A DNA stretch of 64,000 nucleotides from a virus. Its lineage: Duplodnaviria > Caudoviricetes. Each line of letters begins with the position of its first letter. The stretch's first letter is position 1. The notes beneath the pieces were generated by a model. It was given only the letters and a program-made list of their open reading frames with translations. It ran no database searches and was not told where the DNA came from. The DNA lies in the IMG/VR virus record IMGVR_UViG_3300020047_009529, positions 2,948 through 66,947 of that record, one strand, 5' to 3'. Position numbers and translations under genes: made by a program. Of this stretch, positions 48,103-57,868 are shown piece after piece.

Positions 48103-48495
48103 TTACTTGATTCCCTTTATCCCTAACTGTTTGAGTACTTCAGTTTCAGCAATTTGCTGTCTAAAGGTAGGCATATCATAAGTGATTGTAGGTGTAGGCA
48201 TTGGTATTGGCCTTAACCGATTAGGGTCTGTAGCTTTAGCAACCTCTGCATCCTTGCTTACCACTATTCCAAGAAATTTAAGCAACTCACTTTGAGCAGC
48301 CTGTTCTCGAATTGATGGTTTATCATAAGTGATTGTAGGTGTAGGCATTGGTATTGGCCTTAACCGATTAGGGTCTGTAGCTTTCTTGGTTCTCACTATT
48401 CCAAGAAATTTAAGCAACTCACTTTGAGCAGCCTGTTCTCGAATTGAGGGCTTATCATAGTTGATTGTAGGTGTAGGCTTAGCAACCTCTGCATC
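48103..48495 (-). repeat. Three tandem ~44-50 aa repeats (PTPTIxYDKPSIREQAAQSELLKFLGI...)
   Basis: DNA blocks of about 50-60 bp are essentially identical between copies (e.g. ~48175-48237 vs ~48322-48384). Confidence 0.9.
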
Positions 48496-50451
48496 AGTTT
48501 TTGCATACAAGGCTGCTTTACCTTTGGCTAATTGTGCAATAGTGTCTGATACAGGTGAGCTACTACTTCCCGTACCAAATGGGTTATTTGCATCAGTAGT
48601 TTGTGATTTACCTTCACCTTTCATTAAATCAACATAATGCTCTTTGTCTTTCTTACTTGCTTCAGGCATAAGCAAGTTTACTACATCAGAATCACTCCAT
48701 GAAGTAACACCATAGTTACGGGTAGTAGTCGCTAACTTAATTTTATACTCAAGTAGTTTACTAACTAACTGAGTATCCAATTTGTTAATACGACCTTTAT
48801 TCATAGCTGTGATTGTTTCAAGGGCTACTTTCTTTAATGTAGTTTCACCTACATCAACAAAGCCTAATCCCTCATTGTTCTTGTTATAAGACTCAAGACG
48901 CTGAAGAACAGTTGCCTTCTCAGAATCACCAAGCTCATTAAATCCTGATACCCCTTGAGCCAAGGCAAGTAATTGCTTACTTCCATTTGTCCAAGGAATA
49001 CCAAAACTACTATCACTGCCTTTATCTAAAAAATCAGCAAGCTTTTGTTGAGCTTCAAAGTTAGGTGTTCTACGGGCAAGCTCACTTGCTGCATAGTCAG
49101 ACCGAATACTTTGCTCACTTAACGCAAAATCACCTCGAATACCTTCAATGACTTCAGCAGGGATATTACGATCAATAGCTGACTTAGTAGTTAAACCAAG
49201 ACGCTCTGATTCAATCATACCAAACAAATCACCTACAGTTTTAACTAAAGGTTTCTTCTGCTTGGATCGACGCTCATCTGTTAAATAGTTAGGTTTAAGT
49301 ATTTCTTCAGACAATACACTACTCAAAGGTGTATTTGGATTGTTTTGGTTAATATTCCAAAGTTGTTTAAATGTAGGTTCACCAAACCAATGCATACCAT
49401 CAAGTGTTGTAGGTGTTACAGGAATACCTGCTTTAGTCAATGCTGCTGCGTTGTCTGCTGTATGTAGCTCAAACATTTGAGTTGCAATAGTAGGATCATT
49501 CTTTAAAGCAACTACTTGATCAGGTGTACGGCCTACCATTAACTCAGGTCGGTGTGCAGCAACAGTGTTTATAAAAGTTTTATCAAGTAATTGACCTACA
49601 CCATTAGCAGTAGATTCAGGATTTTGACCTGTACCTTCAGGTGACTTTGTACCTTTAATACGGTCAACATAATAGCTGTATGCATCAGCAGGTGTATTAC
49701 CCCAATTAGCTACTTTTAAAACTGTTGGGGTAGTTTCCATCTTACCACCATTAACTTTATATGAGTTAATTGCAGTTTGATCTTGTGATGGTTTCTGACC
49801 TACTTTTAGACTGCCATCGTTTGCATTGAACTCAATATCACCTACCTTGTATGTACCACTACCACCACCAGTACCCCCTGTAGGCTTAGCAGCAGCTTCA
49901 TCTGCTTTTTGAGTCAATGTAGCTAAGGCTACTGCATTAGCATTTGCATCACGAGTAGCTGTCTGCGTATTGGTTGTATTGGTATTGACTTGTGCTAAGG
50001 TCTTAACCGCTAAATCTACAGCAGTTGTAGGGTTTAACACACTACTTACCGAGCTTTGAGCTGCTGTAGGATCATTAGCAGCTAGGGCAGTAGCAATTCT
50101 ACGTACTGCATCTTGATCTTTAAAGTTTTGATCCAAGGTTAATAGATTAGCAACTTCAGTTGGTCGGGTGTTCTGTAATGTACGAATAGCTCCTTGATCA
50201 TATCGACCATTCATACCTTGAGCTGCTTGTTGCATTTGAATCATTGCTGACTCTAACTCTACAGGATTACGCGCTTGGCTCAAAATGTTTGCCAAGGTAT
50301 CAGTGTTACGCTTGATACCCTCTTGGTTCACTGTGTTAGCAATACCTGCTAATGAGCTAATGCCTTTGACAATAGCATCATTGCCCGTATTCAGAGCTTC
50401 AAGTGAAGTAGCCCCCGTAGGGGCTTCCATGTAGTTCCATTGAATAGCCAT
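48103..50451 (-). CDS. Internal virion/ejection protein (N4 gp51 position) with a lysozyme/SLT-like domain and C-terminal repeats
   Basis: NPESTANGVGQLL..TF, DP.IA..M.......NAAAL..AGIPVTPTTL...H transglycosylase-like block; three C-terminal repeats. Confidence 0.78.
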   Translation of the reverse strand: MAIQWNYMEAPTGATSLEALNTGNDAIVKGISSLAGIANTVNQEGIKRNTDTLANILSQARNPVELESAMIQMQQAAQGMNGRYDQGAIRTLQNTRPTEVANLLTLDQNFKDQDAVRRIATALAANDPTAAQSSVSSVLNPTTAVDLAVKTLAQVNTNTTNTQTATRDANANAVALATLTQKADEAAAKPTGGTGGGSGTYKVGDIEFNANDGSLKVGQKPSQDQTAINSYKVNGGKMETTPTVLKVANWGNTPADAYSYYVDRIKGTKSPEGTGQNPESTANGVGQLLDKTFINTVAAHRPELMVGRTPDQVVALKNDPTIATQMFELHTADNAAALTKAGIPVTPTTLDGMHWFGEPTFKQLWNINQNNPNTPLSSVLSEEILKPNYLTDERRSKQKKPLVKTVGDLFGMIESERLGLTTKSAIDRNIPAEVIEGIRGDFALSEQSIRSDYAASELARRTPNFEAQQKLADFLDKGSDSSFGIPWTNGSKQLLALAQGVSGFNELGDSEKATVLQRLESYNKNNEGLGFVDVGETTLKKVALETITAMNKGRINKLDTQLVSKLLEYKIKLATTTRNYGVTSWSDSDVVNLLMPEASKKDKEHYVDLMKGEGKSQTTDANNPFGTGSSSSPVSDTIAQLAKGKAALYAKTDAEVAKPTPTINYDKPSIREQAAQSELLKFLGIVRTKKATDPNRLRPIPMPTPTITYDKPSIREQAAQSELLKFLGIVVSKDAEVAKATDPNRLRPIPMPTPTITYDMPTFRQQIAETEVLKQLGIKGIK

Positions 50452-50452
50452 A

Positions 50453-50824
50453 TTACTTCACTCCGTATTGAGCCATGAAGTCTGCTGTACTACGTGTAGT
50501 TAAACCTTCACGCAGACGGCGATTGTTACGGTCTTCAAGCTGATTGTTCACTATATTCTTTTGAGCATTGAACTGTTGAGTCCATGCATCACGTCGAAAA
50601 TTCAAGTCTTGCTTTGCCAACTTGACTTGCTTCCTACCATTGTATGCACTGATGATACTTGCCAAGGCTTCAAGACCTTTACTCATATCACCCATGTCCA
50701 TGTTTTTAAAAAAGCCTGAAGTATCTGCACTACTTGTAGGCATAGTGCTACGTTGTAAGCCGCCTGTTTGATCCATAAAGCCGTTGTAAATGCCGAGATC
50801 GTCAAGGTTTAAATCTGCCATCAT
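50453..50824 (-). CDS. Small virion/ejection protein (N4 gp52-like)
   Basis: Gly-rich hydrophobic helix then KLAKQDLNF; synteny. Confidence 0.75.
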   Translation of the reverse strand: MMADLNLDDLGIYNGFMDQTGGLQRSTMPTSSADTSGFFKNMDMGDMSKGLEALASIISAYNGRKQVKLAKQDLNFRRDAWTQQFNAQKNIVNNQLEDRNNRRLREGLTTRSTADFMAQYGVK

Positions 50825-50886
50825 CTTACTCCTAAAAAGTCACTCACAGCAGTATAGAGTGACACGGTTACGTTGTACACGCCTTA

Positions 50887-53328
50887 TCACACTTTACCAC
50901 TATTAAGCAATGCTTCAGTGTAAATACTTGGCATTCCGACAGTAAGCTCAGTAATGCCAACAATTCCTAACATTTTATTCAAAAAAGTTTCAACTTTTTC
51001 ACCATATATAATTTCACCCCTAGTTTCTGAATAAAGTGGATCATATACGTATTGGGTTTGTTTTAATAAAGCATAAGCTTCATCAAGCATTTTTGTACCT
51101 TCATCAATATTATTAGATAACTTTTCCATTTCTTTCATGACTTTTTCAAATTCAAGTTTTAACACTTCAGCATAAGTTATCATTAATTTACTAAAATAAT
51201 TTAATAACCGTTTAGTGTCAAAATCAACAACTACAATAGCCAATACGTTAGCTAAAATAATAGCATCTCCCTCATCCATACCAAAGTAATTAACTAATAA
51301 ATCAATTGTTAATTTTACAGCTACATTAATTAAAACTACTGTAGCTACTGCATAGACAACAGCCCATAACGTCAAAGATTGACCTTCTGAAGGTAAAGCA
51401 AGGATAACAGCAATAACAAAAGTAAATACTTTAAACCAAGTACGGGCATACCAAGGTGATTTAATAACTTGGGATGTATTAATAATAATCATTTGACAAT
51501 GTCCGTATAGCTGCTCTCTTTTACGTGGAGGTAATTTATTAGCAATACTTTTCTCAAAAGGTACAAGTAAATTATCTGATCCCCGATTTGCCCAAGTAGC
51601 GTAACCTGATTGAACCAACTCAGAAGAAGCTAATTCATAGGCAACGATTTCTACATACTCTGTAGTGTTAATTTGTTTACGGTAAATATGGGCATGAGTA
51701 GTTGATTTATCAAATGGAGCAGCAGACATGATTAATACTTTAGAATAGTTAAAACTATTAACCGCACCAATTGATCCTGTAATAACTTTTTTACCTACAG
51801 CATCAAAGTGAAATCTTTGCTGATATACATTGTCACTGTATAACTGATACATACCATTCTTTAAATTATAAGTAGCGTAATTCAACCTAAAAGTTTCATC
51901 AGCTTTATTTTTAGGTACAGTGTCTAAGGTTGGTAATAAATTATAGAAATGATCAAAATACTCATACAAGTATTCATTCTGTTCTTTGGTTTTAGGATTT
52001 GCAGGGCAATGCAAAGCAATAGCAATTTGTTTAACATGCTCCAATGAACCAATGCTATTATGTATCTCATCACATAAGTAGTCATAATCCATACCCATAC
52101 GCTTACACAACTTCTTAGAAGATTTATACTCAAATGTAGTATGTAATGATTCATGGTTAAGTTTACGACCATTAAACCGTATATAAATTCTAGGGAAGTA
52201 AGTACCTAAAGAAGTACCCATACTAAAAATATTATCAAGTAAACTGTTAGTACCACTCCCGTACTTATAGGTAAAGTAGTCTGTGTAAGTATGACCCCCT
52301 GATACGTAATCAAAACTCATCATAAAATAATCAGGATTACCTACATCTACTACTACACTATTATCTTCTGCATTTGGATCAATGTTCTCCATGTCATCAT
52401 CATCAAGTGCATTAGTCTCATCAATAGCACCTGAAAATTCATAAGATAAAAAATCTTCTACTACTTCACAAATATAATCATAAGTTTTATTAATTACACG
52501 AATCTCTATTAAACCAACAATAGATATAATATCACTGACTGTAGTAGTAACTAAACTTACGTAACTACTTGGGGGAGTACCTACTGTAGTTGTAGTATCA
52601 CTGATTATTGTAGATGTAATGGTATCTTTTACAATTGTTTGCTCACTTGACTGTTGCATACTAAAAGTAAATGTAAATATATCATTTGGAATAGCTGCAT
52701 CACTATATGGTTTGATAACTCTATTACGATCTTCAGTACGGGTTAAAGTTGCCCCATAGTTATAAGCTAAACCAACGGTATCTAATTTAGATTCATCAAT
52801 AGTGGTATCTATTGTATTTTGACAATAAGTAATCTCACCATCCTCTAAATAACAATCTACACCGTAGAAAGCATTTAATACTTCTAATTTATTATTAGTT
52901 ACGTTATACCCATAAAGTGTTTTTAACAGTTGCCAACTAATATGGGAGTTATTAGTTTCTTCAAACTTTAAATAATTAATTGTAGCAGTTACCCCATAAT
53001 TGGTAAGTAACCAATCTAGAAAATAATCATTCATTGCTACTGTATCATTTGTCAATTCAGTAGTGGTTACTGCACCATAAGCATAATTGCTAATGTTTGC
53101 TTCTACCCATCTACCTGCTTTACGAATCTTATTAGGTAATGCATTCATAACTGCATCACTAATAGCATTACCAATAGTTTTACTATTTGGATTAATGTTA
53201 ATCTTGGAATGAGTCATGATATAACTAAATACAGCTTGTTTTGCACTATCAGGAAATTCATTATCACCAATAAGTGGAACTACTGCTGTACTTACAACAG
53301 TCTTTTTCTTACCACCAAAAATACTCAT
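50887..53328 (-). CDS. Large structural protein (N4 gp53-like)
   Basis: MSIFGGKKKTVVS start, WYARTWFK followed by hydrophobic segments; synteny. Confidence 0.8.
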   Translation of the reverse strand: MSIFGGKKKTVVSTAVVPLIGDNEFPDSAKQAVFSYIMTHSKININPNSKTIGNAISDAVMNALPNKIRKAGRWVEANISNYAYGAVTTTELTNDTVAMNDYFLDWLLTNYGVTATINYLKFEETNNSHISWQLLKTLYGYNVTNNKLEVLNAFYGVDCYLEDGEITYCQNTIDTTIDESKLDTVGLAYNYGATLTRTEDRNRVIKPYSDAAIPNDIFTFTFSMQQSSEQTIVKDTITSTIISDTTTTVGTPPSSYVSLVTTTVSDIISIVGLIEIRVINKTYDYICEVVEDFLSYEFSGAIDETNALDDDDMENIDPNAEDNSVVVDVGNPDYFMMSFDYVSGGHTYTDYFTYKYGSGTNSLLDNIFSMGTSLGTYFPRIYIRFNGRKLNHESLHTTFEYKSSKKLCKRMGMDYDYLCDEIHNSIGSLEHVKQIAIALHCPANPKTKEQNEYLYEYFDHFYNLLPTLDTVPKNKADETFRLNYATYNLKNGMYQLYSDNVYQQRFHFDAVGKKVITGSIGAVNSFNYSKVLIMSAAPFDKSTTHAHIYRKQINTTEYVEIVAYELASSELVQSGYATWANRGSDNLLVPFEKSIANKLPPRKREQLYGHCQMIIINTSQVIKSPWYARTWFKVFTFVIAVILALPSEGQSLTLWAVVYAVATVVLINVAVKLTIDLLVNYFGMDEGDAIILANVLAIVVVDFDTKRLLNYFSKLMITYAEVLKLEFEKVMKEMEKLSNNIDEGTKMLDEAYALLKQTQYVYDPLYSETRGEIIYGEKVETFLNKMLGIVGITELTVGMPSIYTEALLNSGKV

Positions 53329-53340
53329 AACATTCACCAA

Positions 53341-53365
53341 TAAATAAAGGGGCATAAAGCCCCTT
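53341..53365 (-). terminator. Terminator
   Basis: AAGGGGC...GCCCCTT with a T-rich tail on the minus strand. Confidence 0.65.
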
Positions 53366-53381
53366 ATGTTTGAACCAAGGA

Positions 53382-54380
53382 TTAAGGGGCTGGTACTGAA
53401 TAGTCAGTAGCGTCAGGTGTAATACCTAATGGTGACATGGCAGCTTCAATCACATTACCCATATTATGATCATTCAGGTAATTGATATGATCAGCAGCCG
53501 TCAGGTCATCAGCGTTACGTCGAACATTCCAAGTATCAGCATACACTTTTACAAGCTTGAGTCGAGCATCATGATCAAGGGCTTCTTTCTGTTTGATCAA
53601 GACTTGATTCTGGTAGTAGATCACTGATCCTGTCAGTACACCTGTAGGATCGACTTGGGCTTTCTCTGTAGCAGTCTTTTGAGTATAGAGGGTTGTTTGT
53701 GCTTCCTGTGACTCTTTCTGAGCTTGGCTCAAAGCAATCTCTTTGTCCTTCAATGAGGACTCTTTATCAAGGATAGTCCCTTGCTTACCAATATTGATTG
53801 TCTGAGCATCTGCCTGTGCTTTCTGACTGTTGACTAAAGCTGTCTGTGCTGTCATTTGAGTCACCTCAGCAGGAAGTCGAGTGGTCAGTGTATATGTTGC
53901 AATATTGGTATTAGCTTCGATACTTGCTACTTCGGCAGGTAATCTACTGTTCAAGGTATATGTTGCAATATTTGTATTCGCTTCAATACTTGCCACTTCA
54001 GCAGGTAGCTTGGTAGACAAGGTGTATTCAGCAATATCAATCTGACTTTGAGCCAATAAGGCTTGCTTGGTCTGTACTTCAGTCTCTTGAACCAAGAGAG
54101 TATATTGTTGCTCTAACAAGGCAATCTCGTAACCTTGCTTCTCTTTAGCTAATGCATAAGCACTTGCTTGCTGAAGTACAGCAGGAATTGATTGCATAAC
54201 CATATTGGACAATTCATTTTTATTGATATGCCCTTTATTGAGTAGTATCTCTAATTGAGATACCACTCCGCGCATCAAAACATCAAATACCCCTACACCT
54301 GTTGCAATACCTTGAGTAAGGTTACTCAAGTCAATTGTTGGTGCATTAGGTACTGCAATATCAATAGTAGGGGTAGTCAT
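53382..54380 (-). CDS. Tail structural protein (N4 gp54-like) with 21-aa repeats
   Basis: LT.G.ATG.GVFDVLM, Q..LY.QK..TE.AQ; synteny. Confidence 0.8.
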   Translation of the reverse strand: MTTPTIDIAVPNAPTIDLSNLTQGIATGVGVFDVLMRGVVSQLEILLNKGHINKNELSNMVMQSIPAVLQQASAYALAKEKQGYEIALLEQQYTLLVQETEVQTKQALLAQSQIDIAEYTLSTKLPAEVASIEANTNIATYTLNSRLPAEVASIEANTNIATYTLTTRLPAEVTQMTAQTALVNSQKAQADAQTINIGKQGTILDKESSLKDKEIALSQAQKESQEAQTTLYTQKTATEKAQVDPTGVLTGSVIYYQNQVLIKQKEALDHDARLKLVKVYADTWNVRRNADDLTAADHINYLNDHNMGNVIEAAMSPLGITPDATDYSVPAP

Positions 54381-54384
54381 TGGA

Positions 54385-54966
54385 TTAATCCTCTTGATCT
54401 ACAAAAGTACTTTTCATTTCTTTCAGTTCTTCAACTGAAAGGGCAGGTAACTCGGTAACACTGTATGCAGGTAGTTGCATAACCTTTTTACGGTTATTAC
54501 CTTGACTATCACGAAATGAACGATAACCTTGGTATTTCTTTTCACGCAGCATTTCTACCAAGATACGGGGAATATGCCAACCTGATTCACGACCAAAAGG
54601 TACATACTTACTTTCTGTCGGTACAAGTGAATTACCGTAGGTGAATAGCTCACCTTCAATATCACTCTTAGCAGGATTCAGGCATACAACAATAACCCGT
54701 ACAAGCTGCATTGCAGACTCATAAGCTGCTGTACGTTTAGCACGCTCCAATTCTTCTTCACTTGGCTCAATCAGTGCAATAGGGGCAGATACCTTAGTTG
54801 CTGCTTCATTTACACGAGCTGCAACCAACTCCTGCAACTTACTTGTTGCAGTATTTGCTTGGTATGGAATACCTAACAAATCACATTGATCCAACAAGGC
54901 TTGACGGACAGGGTTTGTCTGACTTACGCCTTTATCCAAATCGGTATTGCTGTTCTCAGTACTCAT
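54385..54966 (-). CDS. N4 gp55-like protein
   Basis: LVRVIVVCLNP.K..IEGE.FT.GNS, WHIP. Confidence 0.8.
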   Translation of the reverse strand: MSTENSNTDLDKGVSQTNPVRQALLDQCDLLGIPYQANTATSKLQELVAARVNEAATKVSAPIALIEPSEEELERAKRTAAYESAMQLVRVIVVCLNPAKSDIEGELFTYGNSLVPTESKYVPFGRESGWHIPRILVEMLREKKYQGYRSFRDSQGNNRKKVMQLPAYSVTELPALSVEELKEMKSTFVDQED

Positions 54967-54989
54967 TTCATTTCACCATATTGATTGAA

Positions 54990-55018
54990 GAAAAAAGGGA
55001 GTTTAATAACTCCCTTTT
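54990..55018 (-). terminator. Terminator after the major capsid gene
   Basis: GGGAGTT-TAAT-AACTCCC; T run on the minus strand. Confidence 0.85.
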
Positions 55019-55033
55019 ATCGTAGCAAGATTA

Positions 55034-56428
55034 TTACATCTTACCAAGTGTTTTGATCAACGCAATACGTTCCATACGTTGAGTCAAGAAGCCGTAATAC
55101 CACTCGATTGAGCTAAAACCCAATTTACCGTATGGATCATTGCGATCTGCGGTATCTTCAGATGGTTTCTTGGTGATGGTCTTAAACTTCAGATTTTTAC
55201 CATCAGTTTGGAAACCAATAGTAGTGAAAGATTCACTACCAATCACCAACATTGGATAGACGTTGTAACGACCACCTGTTGCATAGTAGGTGCTATCCGA
55301 AGCAGTTGCACCCGCATTGTCCCAATGCAGCATCTTAGGCACTTGAATAATGCGGAAAGAAGCCACACTACCAATTTCGCCACGTAGAGGAGTAGAACCT
55401 GCTGCATAATGCTTCACATCAATGAATGCAGGTTGCTCATGGAAGTCTTTCATACGCATGAGGGTAGGCACAAGCTCACTGCCCACATACATGATACGAC
55501 CACCACCAACAACTTTGGTATCAGTCATCTGACTACCTGTGATCACTTTGGTCTGCTTAGGACAACGGTTGTTATCCAAGTCAATACCAAGTTGGATCAA
55601 GTCAGCATAGCTAACAACATCACCTGCTGCCATCAAGTAAGTAGCGGTTTTACCCCCTGCCAACTTAACAACACCTGCCGCATTGATAAGATCAATCTGC
55701 AACATGTCTTCATTCATTTCATTTGCACCATTGATCAGCTCACGCTGCAAGTGCATTTGAAGGTCTGCATCTGTATCAAACTGAAGGCTGTCTTTTGACC
55801 ACTCATAGAAGAAGCCAAAGTTTTCAAACGTACCGCTCAACTCTTTACGAGTGAAGCCTACACGGTTGACACGACCACCAGTCTCATCCAATACAGGCAG
55901 CTTACCTACGATAGTACCGATGTCTTTCGACGAACCGTAGAAGTTACCCGAACCTTGACGCTTAGTCGCACCACGAGAAGCAGCAACAGCAGCATTTGCC
56001 AAGCTATTGGTAGTACCAATCAGTTCAATGGTACTGACAGTGACTGTCCAAGGAGTTGACGAACCCGACTTAACAGCAACACCTGCTTGAATGGCATTGA
56101 TAGCATTTGTTGCGGCAGTTGCATCAGCTTCGACAGCATATTGCTGAGTGGTTTGACCCAAGGAGATGTAGTACTTGGTAGTGTCAATAGTGACACCCGA
56201 TGGATCAATCCCTTGAGTGTTGATGTTTGCATCATGCAGCAATGGCACATACACGTAAGACTTAATGGTTTTACCCATGTTCTTAGGCATAGTGGTGGTA
56301 TCAGCGAGCATCGAGAAATACTGCTCTTGTGCAGCTTCGATCAATGCTTTGCGCTGATAGTAATGCAAATTGATTTGTGAACCAATGGTGGAAGGGATGC
56401 TTGGTGGAGCATTATATTGCATAGCCAT
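55034..56428 (-). CDS. Major capsid protein (N4 gp56-like) with an ~70-aa insertion
   Basis: MPKNMGKTIK, YGSSKDIG, GGRVNRVGFTR, DPYGKLGFSSIEWYYG. Confidence 0.95.
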   Translation of the reverse strand: MAMQYNAPPSIPSTIGSQINLHYYQRKALIEAAQEQYFSMLADTTTMPKNMGKTIKSYVYVPLLHDANINTQGIDPSGVTIDTTKYYISLGQTTQQYAVEADATAATNAINAIQAGVAVKSGSSTPWTVTVSTIELIGTTNSLANAAVAASRGATKRQGSGNFYGSSKDIGTIVGKLPVLDETGGRVNRVGFTRKELSGTFENFGFFYEWSKDSLQFDTDADLQMHLQRELINGANEMNEDMLQIDLINAAGVVKLAGGKTATYLMAAGDVVSYADLIQLGIDLDNNRCPKQTKVITGSQMTDTKVVGGGRIMYVGSELVPTLMRMKDFHEQPAFIDVKHYAAGSTPLRGEIGSVASFRIIQVPKMLHWDNAGATASDSTYYATGGRYNVYPMLVIGSESFTTIGFQTDGKNLKFKTITKKPSEDTADRNDPYGKLGFSSIEWYYGFLTQRMERIALIKTLGKM

Positions 56429-56460
56429 TTTCAAAATCCTCGTGGATATTCCTAAGTGCG

Positions 56461-57501
56461 TTATACACTAGGAGGAGCTAATTTTGCAAATTCCTCATCA
56501 CTCATTCCTAAGTAATTTGGAACTGTTGCAGTAACTTTACCTTTTCCTGATCCAGTAGGTGCAGCAGCATTGCGACGTTGTTCAATAACTGATGGATCAG
56601 TACTTGGTTTTTTAACAGGTGTTGTAATCTTCGGTTTACTTGGTGCTGTTACGGTTTGGGGCAAATTACCTTGATTCATCATCAAAGTCCCCATTTCCAT
56701 ATAGGCTTCCAAGTCAGACATTCCTACAAAATTACCCTTTGCACGTTCAACAGCCATTGCACTATAGACCGTATCGTAAATGCCTGTAGCCATTTGATTA
56801 TGGAGTTGATTAATCATATTTGGTTGATTAGCCAACAGTTGCTTACTACCCTCATCTAAACTAGTGATGGTGTTACACAACTTTCCATAATGTTCACTGT
56901 TACTCAGGCTTTCAAACGTATCCCGTACAACAATTGCCAACTCATTAGGGTTTGCAGGAGTGGGCTTATAACTTGCAAGATTATCTTCTTGACTATACAC
57001 ATCAATATTGTGGTCTTTAACCAACTTAGCAATAGCCGTTGGATTACCTTTACTGACTTCAATCAAGAATCCCAATTTAACGGGATCAAGCAAATCATGT
57101 TCTTTCAGCAATTCAGTGGCTGCTCGAACAGGAACTAATTCCTGCATCTTACGAGTAAACCCACAACCTTTCTGCATCAGGCTAACAACTTCGTTAGCAT
57201 CATTTACCTTTACCGTTGCACCGTTGGCAGTAAAGCCACCCGTAATACGCTCATAAAAAGCCTTGTAATCTATTTCAGATTCCTTTGGCTCAGTTGGCTC
57301 TACAGGTTCGGTTGGTTCAACTACCTCAGTTGGCTCAGTAGGCTCATCGGTAGGTTCTGTAACTGGTTCAGGTGTGATTACTTCAGGTGTGATTTCACTG
57401 TCAGTTGGTGCATCAACCAATTCTGGTTCAGGGAGCTTCAGAAAATCCGCATCACTCATTTCCAAGAAATTGGTATCGCTACTCTGTACATTGGTACTCA
57501 T
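56461..57501 (-). CDS. Scaffold-like protein (N4 gp57-like)
   Basis: MSD.DFL N-terminus, P/E-rich linker, F.ANG......A.E...LMQKG, MSDEEF C-terminus. Confidence 0.85.
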   Translation of the reverse strand: MSTNVQSSDTNFLEMSDADFLKLPEPELVDAPTDSEITPEVITPEPVTEPTDEPTEPTEVVEPTEPVEPTEPKESEIDYKAFYERITGGFTANGATVKVNDANEVVSLMQKGCGFTRKMQELVPVRAATELLKEHDLLDPVKLGFLIEVSKGNPTAIAKLVKDHNIDVYSQEDNLASYKPTPANPNELAIVVRDTFESLSNSEHYGKLCNTITSLDEGSKQLLANQPNMINQLHNQMATGIYDTVYSAMAVERAKGNFVGMSDLEAYMEMGTLMMNQGNLPQTVTAPSKPKITTPVKKPSTDPSVIEQRRNAAAPTGSGKGKVTATVPNYLGMSDEEFAKLAPPSV

Positions 57502-57512
57502 AATGGTATGCC

Positions 57513-57809
57513 TTACTGATTAATGCTTTCAATATTGGAGATTTCAATTACAGCTTTTTCACCTGCATCCTTAATATCCCGTAAATGCTTTTTCACATAA
57601 CTAATGCATAACAGACTTTCTTCAATAACCTTTCTACGTTCCGCATCTACATCACTCAGATTTTCCACTAATTGAAGTGGAAGTTGATCAAAGAAATGCT
57701 TAGTGAATACCGCAGTAAAGTCAGGGTGAAGTTGAAGACGTGTCAATGCATCATTTAGTGCTTTTGCTTGTTTAAGGGAAACTAATTCATCAAGTAATTC
57801 AGCTTTCAT
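57513..57809 (-). CDS. N4 gp58-like protein
   Basis: AL.RL..HPDF..VF; GGAGG RBS. Confidence 0.75.
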   Translation of the reverse strand: MKAELLDELVSLKQAKALNDALTRLQLHPDFTAVFTKHFFDQLPLQLVENLSDVDAERRKVIEESLLCISYVKKHLRDIKDAGEKAVIEISNIESINQ

Positions 57810-57868
57810 TGTCTTTTCCTCCAAGTGGGATAGCCCATCCATCCCACCTTGAGTAAACTATAAATTAA

